From: Squalus acanthias
Taxonomy: Eukaryota
Assembly: GCA_030390025.1 (NCBI GenBank)
Contig: CM059432.1
Location: forward strand, 99,264,001 to 99,328,000
Length of the DNA: 64,000 nucleotides
Direction of reading: 5' to 3'
The notes under the pieces were generated by a model, which saw only the letters and a program-made list of their open reading frames with translations, was not told the origin of the DNA and did no database searches. The position numbers were made by a program, and so were the translations under genes. Below, in pieces: positions 46,304 through 59,489 of the stretch (its first letter is position 1; each line of letters begins with the position of its first letter).

Positions 46304-49300
46304 GGGGGGACTTTTATCTTGGAGAAGCTCATGGGTTTAGGTGCGGGTCGGGGTGGGGGGGAGGGATTAAAGTGGCCGGAAATGCGTTTGTGTCCAGAAG
46401 CCGGCTCAAACGCGCCAAGTTCCAGGTATAACTCAGGTGTGTTCAGCAGGTTGCGCGTAACCCCCTCCATTGATGTAGGTTAGCAATTTAAATATGTAAA
46501 TGGCTCAATTCTAGCGATATTTCATCATACATTCGAATTTAACAATGCTTCCACGAGTTTCCTGAAACTCGCCATTGAAACCAAGGCGAGAACACAACAG
46601 CAATTCATGGAGCTCATTAAAAGTCAGGTAAATACAGCAATAAATATTCAGTGCTCACAGCTGCTATCTTACGTCCCACTGGGAAAGGGTTTGTTCAGAG
46701 TACTTGCGATGAGAGTTTAGTTTCTGAACTTTGGAGGCATTGAGACTCAGATCAGGCTGGCTGGTGCCTTGACTACCTGAGATTGGACCTCGGACGACTA
46801 GCAAAATGACCATCAGATGTGGAGAGATCTGCAGGTATTGAGATGAGAGGGGAGCAGCAGAGGGATGCAGCTCGCAGGAGGCACTACCCGTGAAACAGGG
46901 TGTACAGGCAGAGCCTCAGCTTCCTTGACCTCTTGGAACAGCAGTGCTTCTGCAGGCTAAGTTTGGCGGACATCTGCAGCCTCCTAGAAGAAGACCCTGC
47001 TGGACCTGATGGCCACACATTACCAGTGGTTGTGAAAGTGATTACCGCCCTCAATCTTTTTGACCCCGGAACCTTCCAGGGCTCTGCTGGGGTCATATCC
47101 AGGATCTCCCAGCCGGTTGCACACAAATGAATAAGGCAGGTTACTGATGGGTTGTTTGCCAGGGCCAGCAATTATATCAACTTTGCCTGCGATGACACCA
47201 GTCAAAATGAGCAGGCGCTCAGGTTTGCGTCCCTGGCTGGCTTCCCACAGATGTAGGCCGCCATCAACTGCACACACGTGGCAATCCACACACCCCCAGA
47301 TGAACTAGAAGTATTTGTAAGCCACAAGGGCTTCCACTCCATCAATGTTCAGCTGGTGCGCAACCACAAGAAAAGATTTATGCAGGTGTGAGTCAAATTC
47401 CTGGGAGCTGCCCGGGATGCCAAGGATTCCTTTATAGCTGTGAGGTTCTGTTAGTTACCACCACTGGACCAATGTGACAATCACATCCAATGGACACTCT
47501 CCTCCTCGCCACCAATGTGACTGACACAAAGCAGTCCTGCGAATAACCAATCACCCATTGCACATTGTAGAATTCGCAAAATTATCGCGATTTTATAATA
47601 ATGAGAAGGAGACATAAAGTTTCGTATAAACAGCTTTATTTCAGCAGAATGCTGTCATGTTTCAAAAGGGACACAAGCACCCTGTAAAATGGCCGCCACG
47701 CCTCGTGGCAGAAGGTTCTAGACTTTCAGTAGGCAGACAAGATGGCGTTTCATTAAACATTTCAGCAAGATCGGACAGGACTCAGCACATTGGAGATAAT
47801 GACAAGACGCGATGGGTTTGCATTTTAAACATAAATACTGGAATCGGTTTTCCAGGTCTATTGTACTGGGCGATCAAGGACCCATCCAAAGACATTGATA
47901 TGCGAATTCCCCACGGCTCTACGATGAGAGAGCCGTTCGCGGGTACTTACAGCAAGCATTTGGAAGCCCCAAAACCCCTCCAGGGAGACTCCTAGCCGGT
48001 TCCACAATGGGAGAAATATTAACGGGTACTCAGACAGTTACAAGTATCACCGAAACCCATTAACGACAAGTACCACCCCATACAAGAAGTTTGAGCGCCA
48101 AAACATAACAAAAGATGGACATTAAGATTGGGCGGGAGATAAGGAATTACAGTACTATAAACTGTAGTGTCCAAACGTCCATCTTTCTCTTATTCTCTGC
48201 CGACCACCGACTCTTATCGCTCTTATCCTCTGGCTGTTCATCGTGCTCTAGTCAACCTCGTGGCTTGCCGCGAAGATCTGTGGAGAACTGGTCTGCGAAG
48301 GCCAGTAAAATGGGCGCACCATCCCGAGGAGTCGGTAAACGGTGTGGGAACCGAAGGCCCGAGATGAGATGAGATGAGATGAGATGAGAAGAGAAGAAGA
48401 CGACAACACGTATCGCCACGGTCAGTAAACCCCGACCGCGCCCGAAAATCGATTAACCACTTCTTCGAATTCTATCGGCTACTCCACAACTGGTGTCGGT
48501 CCAGAAAGACTCTTCTTTGAATTTTACCGGCTAACTGGTGTCGAGCACAGGAAGAGTCTTCTTTGAGCAGTATCAGAACTCCGAGGTCAACACAGATCTT
48601 CATGACAGCAGACGGTCCAGCCTGCTAGCCGGAGCAAAGCAAGTAAACAAGTGGGGTACAGAGACCCCGGATCAACACGTGAATAGTCAGGTGTTGCCGA
48701 GCAGCGTTTCGGAATTCTCCGAGTTATCGCGAGTGGTGAGCATGAGTCTCGATCCTACAAATCTAGATTAGGACAGGTATTGATAGGGGAGGGTTTTTGT
48801 TTTAAGGATAATTATAATGTGTGTCCCCTTTTACGATGTGTCGTGCGCTCCTCGTTTCCCTAAAGCTAGTTGCATAAATGTGTGTAAGTTTGTACTGTCA
48901 GTAATCTGTGCTTATGACATGTATTTCGTAATCTTGAATAATATGCAATAAAGATTTTCCATTTCGCACTGTTCAACCGGGTCTACCTGAGTTTTTCTCT
49001 ACATTATTGTTCTCGCACCTAAGTCCAGTGTCAGAACCGTAAGGGCGAGTGGGTCGAACCACTCACAGGTGTCTAGTGCTACCAGGCTGGCTGGAGACCA
49101 GAATAGGCAACAAGGCCTAACCCCGCACTAGCACCCAGGCTAAACACAGAGCCACGGCGAAACCCCTTACAACATACCCTCATTGGTCCCCATCAATATA
49201 TGTCTTCCCATTCATCATCAAGCAACTGAAAAGGTGAGTTGCCATGCAGCAAACAAGCTTGGTGCAGATCAGTAACACGCTCTAAGATCAAGGCTAAGGT

Positions 49301-50990
49301 CATCCTATTTAAGGCACCAGACATGTTCGTATCCAGAGTTTGCATGGCCGTGGTCAAGGTCTGCATGGACTCGTTTTACTGACCCGATTGATGTTCCACG
49401 GAGTTGGCCACTCTATCCATGGAAGTAGACATCCTCACAATGCCCGACGACATCAACCCACTCATGCTTGAGCTGGACTCCTCCATTCTCTCTGCAATCA
49501 TGGGCAGTGTGCTTGGAAGGTCTTTCAGTACATCACAGATTTTCTGCTGCCCTTCAAGTTACCCTTTTCATCGACGGCCCTCGGGATACAGCATCTGTGT
49601 CCAGCTGAGCAGAGCTTGGATAGGGCTGCGCCCTCCAACGCAATCTCTCCACACCTGTCCCTGCCACCACTGTCTGTTCTTGCTCACTTGTGAACGGCGA
49701 GTCACCAAGTGAAAACCCAACTATCTGTCTAACTAGTCCCACCGACGTGTGAGTATCTGAGCTGGTGCATGGTAAGCATGAGTCCTGTGACAGTGCACCC
49801 TCACAATGAATCAGCTCCTCTATGGATATGTCGTCTGTGAGGTTCATGGACTCCTGCTGCACTGTGAAGGCCCAGCAGAGAGAAAAGATATGAATTAGTA
49901 CTGGCAAGCTAAGAATGTTGCAACTTATCATTATGAAGATGATCATATTTAAGTCACTGCTGAAATCAAGTGAACATGACTGTGAGTGTTCTATGACATG
50001 TGGGCAATGATATTTAATTCTGTCACTAGGTAGCTGAGAGCTCCCCACCTCCCCATTTCTAATGGCCAGGGACACCGAGCCACCACTGAATTCCAGCGCT
50101 TCCACCTTGTCAGTTGTGAGATCTATAGAGGCCCACCTTTGGTTCTCTTCCTCTCCCTAGTGTTCTGCACTCTCTTCTCCTGCAACGGGGGAAAAAACAG
50201 ACCTATGAGTGACTGTAATGGCATGTGTTCAGCCAATGGATGGAGTGCATTTGTTGAGGGTGACTATCTGGGAGAGGCATCAAATTGCATAAGGGTGAGG
50301 GTGAGTGGGAGTGGTGGATGGATAGATGGGGATGTGTGGAAGTGCATAGCCAGAGAAGGATGGGCGCACCTGCAAGGTAAGTGGGTGTGAGGAGTGATGC
50401 AATGGAGTAGACTTGACAAGGCAGAGTGGGGAGGGCGGGTGATGCGCACAACAGGATGTAGGTGAATGTGCAACTGTACTCACCTTTCCTGACCTGGTTA
50501 GGCCAGTAAAGCGCTTCCTGCACTGAATCCTGGAGCATGGCACAATGTTCCTGCTGTTGAGCTGCTGGGCCAGCTCCAGCCACGCCTTCTTTGTGGCAGC
50601 AGCAGGTTTCTTCCTCCCATTGCTGGGGAAGAGCATTTCTCTCCGACTCCTCACTGCCCCCAGCAGTACATCGAGTGAGGCGTCATGAAAGTGGGGCGCA
50701 GCCTTTGAGCGTCCTGAGTCCATCTTCTATGATTGCTGTCTCTGTTCCAAACCTCCCACCTCCTCCAAATTCCATCTTTGGATTGGCCCTTTAAATACCC
50801 CACTTGAGATCGCGTCATGTGGGTCTGCATCAAGCACGCTGCCATGCAATCGACACCACAGCCGGGAGTAAAATTATAATGAGGTGGCACAGACAGATGC
50901 GCTGAATTCCTTCCGGGTTTCCCAGGCAATATCGCACCCCCCCCCCCCGCCACCCTGCATCGGACACACCTCGGAGTTAATATCGGAGGC
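46304..50990 (+). mobile_element. Degraded PIF/Harbinger element (family H5) with LTR insertion; ends approximate
   Basis: Transposase remnant + ~46860-47410 (LPVVVKVITALNLF, INCTHV, KGFHSINVQ); Myb exon 1 on - 50723-~50484 (AAPHFHD..KKAWLELA..IQCRKRF|gtgagt) plus downstream exon remnants. Confidence 0.82.
47566..49171 (+). mobile_element. Long solo LTR (~1.6 kb), copy B
   Basis: TGTA..TACA ends, 4-bp TSD ACAT, TATAAA ~48156, AATAAA ~48947, internal (GAGAT)n; reverse-complement homolog of 61900-63557. Confidence 0.88.
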
Positions 50991-51220
50991 GACATCCTCC
51001 CTCTGTGATGGTGTAACAAGTTTACTGTGATGAGCAATAAAGATGCTTTGCAAGACAACATTTTAAGATGTAGTCCATTGTTTATGCACATACCTAAGTT
51101 ATCTTGTGCAGCTCCGAAAAAATGTCCTAATCTGCTCCCTGGTTTGTTCCATGGCTAAGACTGTATTTACATGTTCTGTCACGTCCATCTATACTATTTC
51201 ACTGTTAATCTTTATTGCAG

Positions 51221-51596
51221 AGTGGACCTGTCTTACAAATAGAGATACCCTTCCCTGCACACCTCCTGCAGCAGGATCTTTATGCTACAATTCATCTCTT
51301 CAGGATGGAGTTCTGGTAAAGATGGGACTTCCGACAGCCTCCCCAAATCTGCCCCAAACCCGGATCCACTCCCTTGGGTTGAGGCTCATTCACGATGCAC
51401 GACAAGCTCCTGGTGGAAACCCTGTCACCAAAAGGGAACCTACGAGTGTAAGGTCAGAAAATCCTGGCAGTGCTGCAGCAGGGATGCTGCTGCAGCACCA
51501 GAAGAGGCAGTGAAGGACCTTAAAGAGGCAGAAGAGCCGCAAAGATTGGATCAACTGTTCTACCAAAACCACTGCTGAGACTAGGACCTTCAGTAG
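51221..51596 (+). other. Possible exon (unique, splice-bounded)
   Basis: Acceptor tctttattgcag and donor TAG|gtaagt (alternative donors ~51315, ~51447); no frame is open over the full length. Confidence 0.2.
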
Positions 51597-51874
51597 GTAA
51601 GTGCATTGGGCTGACTAGAGAGGCCCTCGTACTCCTTGGGCGGGGGAGGAACGCATGTCATTTACCATCATTTCCCAGGGCTAACTGCCATCTTCCACAT
51701 GGTGGCCCTAGCCAGGTTGGGACTGTGAAGTGGAGGTAGCACCCAGCACTCAAATTTCCCTCATTCTCTCCCGATTTTGCATGAGATCACAGAGGAGAAT
51801 CCCAGTTCAAAATGCTGTAACTAGATGGAGCTTTTCATCCTGCATCATGTCATGTGGCACTATCACTGTGGTAA

Positions 51875-53660
51875 GTGGAATGAATGAAGAACAGATCTAG
51901 CAGCTCAAAAGTGGGCATCCATGAGGCGTTGCCATTTATCATCAACAGCAGAATTGTATACCACCAGAATCTGTAACCTCATGGCCCGACACATCCCTCA
52001 ATCGTCCATTATCATTAAACCAGGTTCAATGAAGACTACAGAAGTTGGGAGCAGCACCAAGCGTACCCCACGGTACAGTGCCAATCTGGTGAGGCTACAA
52101 TACATGACTACATGCCTGCTAAACAGCAAAAGCAGCATGCTATAGATAGAGCTAAGCCAGAACCAGCCAATCAGGTCAAAGCTCTGCAACCCTGCCACAT
52201 CCAGTTGTGAATAGTGGTGCAAAATTAAGCAGAAAATGGGAGGAGGCTCAATGAACATCCCCAGCATGTGAATGCAAAAGACAAGGCTGAAGCATTTGTA
52301 ACTATATTCAGCCAGAAGTGGCGAATGGATGATCCTTCTCGGCCTCCTCCTGAGGTCCCAATTATCACAGATTCCAATCTTCAGCAGATTTGATTCACTC
52401 CATGTGACATCAAGAAATGGCTGAGTGCACTGGGCACAGCAAAGGCTACGGGCCCTGACAATATCCTGGCTGTAGTGCTGAAGATTTGTTCTCCAGAACA
52501 AGCCAAACCCTTAGTCAAGCTGTTCCAGTACAGCTGCATCACCGGCAATGTGGAAAATTGTTCTGTCCACATAATGCATGACAAATCCAACATGGCCAAT
52601 TACCGCCCTACCAGCGTACTCCCAATTATCAGCAAAGTGATGGAAGAAATCGTCAACAGTGCTAACTGGAGTCACAAGTGAAGATGATTGTGATTGCCAG
52701 AGTCTAATTATCTCAGCCATGGGACTTCATTGCAGAAGTTCCTCAGGGCAGCGTCCTAGGCCCAACTATCTTCAGCTGCTTCATCAAGACCTTCCCTCCA
52801 TCATAAGATCAGAAGTGGGGCTGTTCACTGATGATTGCCCAGTGTGCACCTCCATTTGTAGTTCCTCAGATAAGAAGCAGTCCGTGCCTGCATGCAGCAA
52901 GACCAGGGCAACATCCAGGTTTGGCTGATAAGTGGGAAGCAACATTTGTGTAACACAATGACCTGCACCAAGAGAGAGTCTAACTACTTACCCTTGACAT
53001 TCAATAGCATTACCATCGCTGAGTCTCCCACATAAACATCCTGGGAGTGCCCATTGTCCAGAAACTCAACTGAACTAGGCACATAAAACCCGTAGTCACT
53101 AGAACAGGTCAGAGGCTGGGTATTCTGCAGCAAATGACTCACCTTCTTACTCCCCAAAGCATCTCCACCACCTACAAGGCACAAGTCAGGAGTGTGATGG
53201 AATTTCTCCACCTGGGTGGGTGCAGCTGCAACAACACTCAAGAAGCTTCACACCATTCAGGACAAAGCAGTTCACCTGATCGTTACTTCATCTACTAGCC
53301 TAGTACCGTGTACCGTGGCTGCAGTTTGCATTATCTACAGGCTGCACTGCAGCAACTCAAGGCTTCTTCGGTAGCACATCCCAAATCCCAAATCCACCAC
53401 CCAGAAATACAAGGACAGCAGATGCATGAGAACATCAACACCTCCAGTTTCCCCTCCAAGTCACACACCATCTTGATTTGGACTTATATCATCATTTTTT
53501 CATTATCGCTTGGTCAAAATCCTGGAACTCCATACATAACAGCATTGTGGGTGTACCTTCACCACATGGACTACAGCAGTTCAAGAAGAACCACCACCTT
53601 CTCAATGAACAATAAATCTGATCTTGCCAGCAATGCTCACATCCCAAGAATAAATAATAA
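51875..53660 (+). mobile_element. Old CR1/L2-group LINE, heavily deleted
   Basis: KATGPDNI, ANYRPTSVLPIISKVME, GVPQGSVLGP-like and GLFTDD remnants; 3' end matches 37870-38112. Confidence 0.8.
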
Positions 53661-54904
53661 AAAAACTACAGCTTCTACATACATATGTGACTTGACTGTG
53701 CAATGCCAAGGGCAAAATCATAATGCGTACATTGGAATCACAGCTGATAGACTCACATCACTTCTAAGCATACTTCAGACCAATTTAGAATTCCATCATT
53801 ACAAATCAAGGCATCATGTAGAAGATCTGATCTTTTATTGGTCAACGCTTTATGGATTTATCAATAGCCACGTGTTGTTCTTGATCAAAAAAACATATTT
53901 TACACACATAGACACACAGACTAATATTTAGTGAACTCCCATAAATTCATGATAGATTGACAAATATTTTGTTCCTGCATAAAATTCTGGGAGGGAGTGA
54001 GTAGAGAACAGATAACACCTGGTTAATTCATAACCAACTCTAATATTAATGCGTTTTGACACAAAGACAGGTCATAGAAAGAAGCAATGCTTTTGTAACA
54101 TATTTCTTTATCGCTGTTTATACTTTAAATATAGATTTTGCATATTTGGTGCCATCTGTCTGGTTTGTTATCAGGTTGGAAGCATTATAACATTTAGCTT
54201 CTGGATTACAGCTGAAAAGTATTGAACGGAATGGAGATTTGCGATCTTCAGTCTCATTCAAACTAAATTATTTCTCACCTATTGAGTACACTCTCCTATA
54301 CTTAGCCATTAGCAAACATTAGCCACTTGCTGCTTCTGATTGGTCACCTATGCTCACTGCGGCGTAATCTAACAAGAAATCCAGGAAGATCTGGGCGCAA
54401 GATGGTGCAATTTACCGCGTATGTCGCTGATCTCGCCATTGCTGGAAATTCTAGGCTAGAGATTCAAAAATTGGCACTTCATGCCCTGCAGGCTATCTTG
54501 CTCAGCAAGGTATTGCTAATATTTCTGCATGAAATTAGTATTCCAACTGACACATTGCATGAATAGCCTAGAAAGAGGAGAACTGTGCCCGCAGGGTTCT
54601 TGTCATGTTATTGTGGATTTTTAAGTAATTGAATCGTGCAATTTTGATCAGCATACAAAACATGTGAATTTGAGGTCAAGAAATTTGAACTCTTAACCTA
54701 TACCTTTGCGTATTTCTTCTGTTAGATCCTTGTTAGGATTCCTAATAACACAACACTGAATAAGACAAAAAAAGATTTATTATGGTTGAAAGAATTTGAT
54801 ATACAGGCTTACTTCATTTTGCATACTGTCTGGACCCAACTGGATGTAGAGTTGCAGCTTTGATACAGCATTTACTGGTGGTAAAGGAATGTCTCTAAAT
54901 TCTA

Positions 54905-57425
54905 CATTGATGTAGTCTACATGGACTTCAGTAAGGCTTTTGACAAAGTCCCGCATGGGAGACTGGTCAAGAAGGTAAGAGCCCATGGGATCCAGGGCAA
55001 TTTGGCACATTGGATCCAAAATTGACTTAGTGGCAGGAGGCAGAGGGTGATGGTCAAAGGTTGTTTTTGTGACTGGAAGCCTGTGTCCAGTGGTGTACCG
55101 CAGGGATCGGTGCTGGGTTCCTTGCTGTTTGTAGTGTACATTAATGATTTAGATATGAATGTAGGAGGTATGATCAGTAAGTTCGCAGATGACATGAAAA
55201 TTGGTGGAGTGGTAAAAAGTGAGGAGGGAAGCCCCAGGCTACAGGACGATATAGACGGGTTGGTCAGATGGGCAGAACAGTGGCAAATGGAATTTAACCC
55301 TGAAAAGTGTGAGGTGATGCATTTTGGGAGGACTAACAAGGCAAGGGGATACACAATGAATGGTAGGACCCTAGGAAGGACAGAGGATCAGAGGGGCTGA
55401 AGGGATAATTACTAGTCCTAGCCCCTTTAGGGCTACCCCAGATCAGGCGTATTCCCCAGGCGTTCACTTTCAACTAAAGTTTGAGGTAGCCGGATCCTAA
55501 AGACACTTAATTGGGTCTAAAGGTCTGGACCATCTCTCCCTAAAGGAAAGGAACAACCTGAAAATGTTACCGTCCTCCAGATAGCACTTTTAATAAGTTT
55601 AGCTAGACTGTAACGTTCCGGATATTATGAGAGTCTGGAAAACTCCCCCAGAATTCTGCAACTCCTCACCAAAGAGTGTACAGAGATTGAGTTTGCGAGT
55701 TTGATACAGAATTATTACGTGAGACAATTCTAAAAATATATAGATTTATTAAAGAACCGACATGTAATTTACAGTTGGTGATTCAATCACAACATTAACA
55801 GTTACAAAAAGAGAAATCTTTACAATCTTATTATCAGAGATCCTTACTCTCAAATCTTAACTTTGCTACAGTTTTACAGTTCTTAGACTTATTCAGGTTA
55901 TCCACCAAAATCAAATACACTACCATTGATCCCCAAGGTACAAAGAGTTGTAGACTTACAGAGCCTGCCTCTGAAGCCTGAGAATCGCTTTGCCCCTTTA
56001 CAGTGAATCTATTATCCCATTTGAGAGTTCAATATTTATACCATTTTTCAGTGGTATTTCCTTTAAGGTTTTCTGCTGATGTAAGCTAATTATCTCTTGT
56101 AATTTTTCTGCTGGCTTATGCAATTCTTAGCCACCTCAGCTGGTAGCAATACAGATTCATGTCTCTCCTCTAGGTATTCGAAGCTTACCATAAAAAATGG
56201 TGTAACAGCAGGTGCATTTCATTTGATGTCATTTTTACTAAGGCCTTCTGCTTGTGCCTCTTTACGAAGTGTAAATTAGAATACCTTAACCAGGGTGATC
56301 TATGCAATTCTTAGTCACCTCAGCTGGTAGCAATACAGACTCATGTCTCTCCTCCAGGTGTTCGAAGCTTACCATAAAAAAACGGTATAACAGCAGGGGC
56401 ATTTCATTTGATATCATTTTTACTAAGGCCTTCTGTTTATGCCTCTTTACGGAGTATAAATTAGAACACCTTATACAGGGTGAAGCATTGTTTTATTCCA
56501 AAAGATTCAGACTGTCAGGAGCCTTTAACCTTCTGTTTCAATAAGGTTATTGATTCAGTGTCAACAACTATGTTATCTCTATTGCCAGAATGCTACTATA
56601 GCTGTTTCAGTTAGGTTTCCAGATTTCCAAACCCAGTTTGTCATGTTTTAATAAACCCAGAATTCTTTCATAGAATGGTGTATTTTTCTGAATAGGTTAT
56701 ATGGCTTATTCCTTCACAGACTTTGGTGTGCATGTACATAGATCCCTGAAAGCAGCAGGACAGGTAGATAAGGTGGTTAAGAAGGCATATGGGATACTTG
56801 CCTTCATTAGCCGAGGCTTAGAATATAAGAGCAGGGAGGTTATGATGGAGCTGTACAAAACGCTAGTTAGGCCACAGCTGGAATATTATGTGCAGTTCTG
56901 GTCGCCACACTATAGGAAGGATGTGATTGCATTAGAGAGGGTGCAGAGGCGATTCACCAGGATGTTACCTGGGCTGGAGCGTTTCAGCTATGAAGAGAGA
57001 CTGGACAGGCTGGGGTTGTTTGGCTTAGAGCAGAGAAGGCTGAGGGGGGACCTGATTGAGGTGTACAAAATTATGAGGGGCATAGATAGGGTAGATAGAA
57101 AGGAACTTTTCCCCTTAGTAGAGGGGTCAATAACCAGGGAGCATAGTTTCAAGGTAAGGGGCAGGATGTTTAGAGGGGATTTGAGGAAAAACTTTTTCAC
57201 CCAGAGGGTGGTTGGAATCTGGAACTCACTGCCTGAAAGGGTGGTAGAGGCAGGAACCCTCACAACATTCAAGAAGCATTTAGATGAGCACTTGAAACGT
57301 CATAGCATACAAGGCTACGGACCAAGTGCTGGAAAATGGGATTAGAATAAATAGGGCTTGATGGCTGGCGCGGACACGATGGGCCGAAGGGCCTCTTTCT
57401 GTGCTGTATAACTCTATGACTCTAT
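54905..57425 (+). mobile_element. CR1 LINE 3' part, split by an LTR-like insertion
   Basis: YMDFSKAFDKVPH, SGVPQGSVLG, KFADD; resumes at ~56719 (LVRPQLEY, FFTQRVV.IWNSLP); tail (ctctatga)n. Confidence 0.93.
55398..56716 (-). mobile_element. Solo-LTR-like insertion (~1.3 kb)
   Basis: Ends TGAAGGGATAA / TTATTCCTTCA, interrupts CR1 RT, ~183-bp tandem duplication (~56118-56485), minus-strand TATAAATA (~56033) and AATAAA (~55746); TSD unclear. Confidence 0.72.
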
Positions 57426-58322
57426 AGAGGAGAAATTCAGTATCGCACCATTTGGGGCGCATTTATCGGCCGGGCGCAAAGATTAGCGCCTGGCGCTAAT
57501 TATCGCCTCCGACTGCAAACTTGGCTTTTATCGCCCCTGGAGGTGATTGGAGTGCTAAATCAGGTGCTTCACAACTGTCTTAAGGCGCAAAGGCCGAGGA
57601 GCGAGGCGCTACCTCAGAGCGCTGGCGAAGCTCATGTGATGTCAGTCAGCAATGGAGCACAGACACAATGGCGCCGGCCAGTTCTTAAAGGGGAGGGTTG
57701 ATCTTGCTCTCCATCCACATCCTGCTCATTGCAGCCTTGAATCTCGGCCTGGAGAGACCTGTGCATCAAATCTGCTGGAAAGAACAATGGAGAGACCCAG
57801 GGAAAGAGCTCAGAGTGCAGCCCCCACAGTCTCTTCTAAATCGATACAAGGAAGGGCAAATCAAAATGAACCTGCAAAGTGCTGCTCAGTACCCAAAACT
57901 CCTTCACTCAGCGTTGAATCTCTCCAGAAGTCACTCTCTCTCTCTCTCTCAGAATGCGTGGTGCAAAAATGTCACCAACAAAAAAAGGCAGGAAGCAGTC
58001 GCCTTTAAATAGCACTCCCCCAGTCCCTTCCTGACTGCAAAACGCTCCCCTCAACCTGTCGTTGCTAGCGGCAGGCGGTAAGGTAGGGGGCGGCACTCAA
58101 TAATCCGGTCCGGGTCGCTACCAGGGCATTGCACACTCGACTGACGTCACAATCTGCCGGCGCAAAAGATCGTGGCGGTAGTGTTTAGCGCCGCCGCAAA
58201 ATGTCTAGTTAATTTCATGAGCGGCACAAACATTGCCGCGCACGGGCGCTAGTTGCTTTGCGCCCCATTAGCGCCCTCTTAAGGCGCTAATGGGAGGCGC
58301 AAACCAACTGAATTTTTCCCCC
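57426..58322. mobile_element. MITE derived from family H2
   Basis: Ends ..GGAGAAATTC / GAATTTTTCCCCC, TSD TAT; reverse homolog of 31245-32137; inserted in the CR1 microsatellite tail. Confidence 0.92.
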
Positions 58323-58449
58323 TATGACTTCTCATTCTCAGACACATATATCAATAATACCTGTTGTTCTTTCGCCTTCTATTTATTTTCTTATTGTGTC
58401 CTGATTTACTCTTATTATTCCTATAAAAGAAGCTGTTATGGAAGATAAT

Positions 58450-59150
58450 GGACCAGATTTTGCTGTCAAAATAACAGTGAGGCTAATGGTGCTTACTGTT
58501 ATTTATGCACAAATGGTAAAGCAACTTGAGGCGAGGTGCAGATGAGCAGTTAAACTCAAAAATCCAGAAGTTGCTGTCTGGTTTGCATTGCTCCACCATT
58601 AGCTTCGCAAAAATGGCATCTCGTTGTCTGGCTCACCATTGAAATGCATTGAATGGCATGAAGTTGCTGTATTTGCATGGTAGATATGAATTAAATTCAC
58701 CACAGAAATTTAAGTCAAGTCATTTCAAATGTAAGCACCCTTTTAACATTGTGATGAGTGTTAATTACTGCCAATCAACCTTTCAGGCACTAATAATCAA
58801 CTATTACAAATGTGGAGTCTCATGCCTTCAGGTGTTAATTGTTGTTGGAGGTTTTAAAAATGTAAAAATAAATTTTTACTTTTCCCTTTTGTCTCTTTTT
58901 TCCTCTCTCTCTCAATCCAATCTTTGTTTCCCTCTCTTTATTTCTCTTTCTGTACCTGATTTGACATTGAATTCACTCACTCTAATCTACACTTCCTTCT
59001 CAGTCCTTGCGCATTTTATTTCACAATCCTTCAATCTGATTGGTTAAGGAAATACACAGTTGCTTGTACTGTTAAAAAGCTAAATGTGCAAGGGCAAGTC
59101 TAACAAAGAGCAGCAGCTATTAGATGCCCTGCTACAGCAAATTATGGCCC
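58450..59150. mobile_element. MITE (intact relative of 19589-25209)
   Basis: Ends GGACCAGATTTTGCTG / CAGCAAATTATGGCCC; flanks AAT/ATT. Confidence 0.8.
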
Positions 59151-59489
59151 ATTGTAAAGAAGCTTTACATGATCCCATGTTTGTAAAAGCATTATTTTGA
59201 GACTGGAGCCTTGTAGCGTGATGTGCTAAAGCAGAGCAGAGCACTGAAAAAACAAACTAGGATTCATCTGGTTGTGAGGTTTCTGCAAATTATTGCTGTT
59301 GACGTGCCTGTGTCATAAGGGTACATGCTTATGACAAGATTGAAGCTTGCATCATTACTTCTGATGTGTTTGCTGCCACATTCCTTACTGTGTGATTTAT
59401 TAGAAAGGAGAAAGAGTTCCTGTGGCCTCTTGTGTAAAAAAAAATCTAAAACTATCAGTTGGGAGGACAATCACACTAAACATAAAAAG

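Noticed and set aside
53308..53931. 207-aa ORF
   Set aside because: Spans a decayed LINE 3' end into AT-rich flank; a chance frame.
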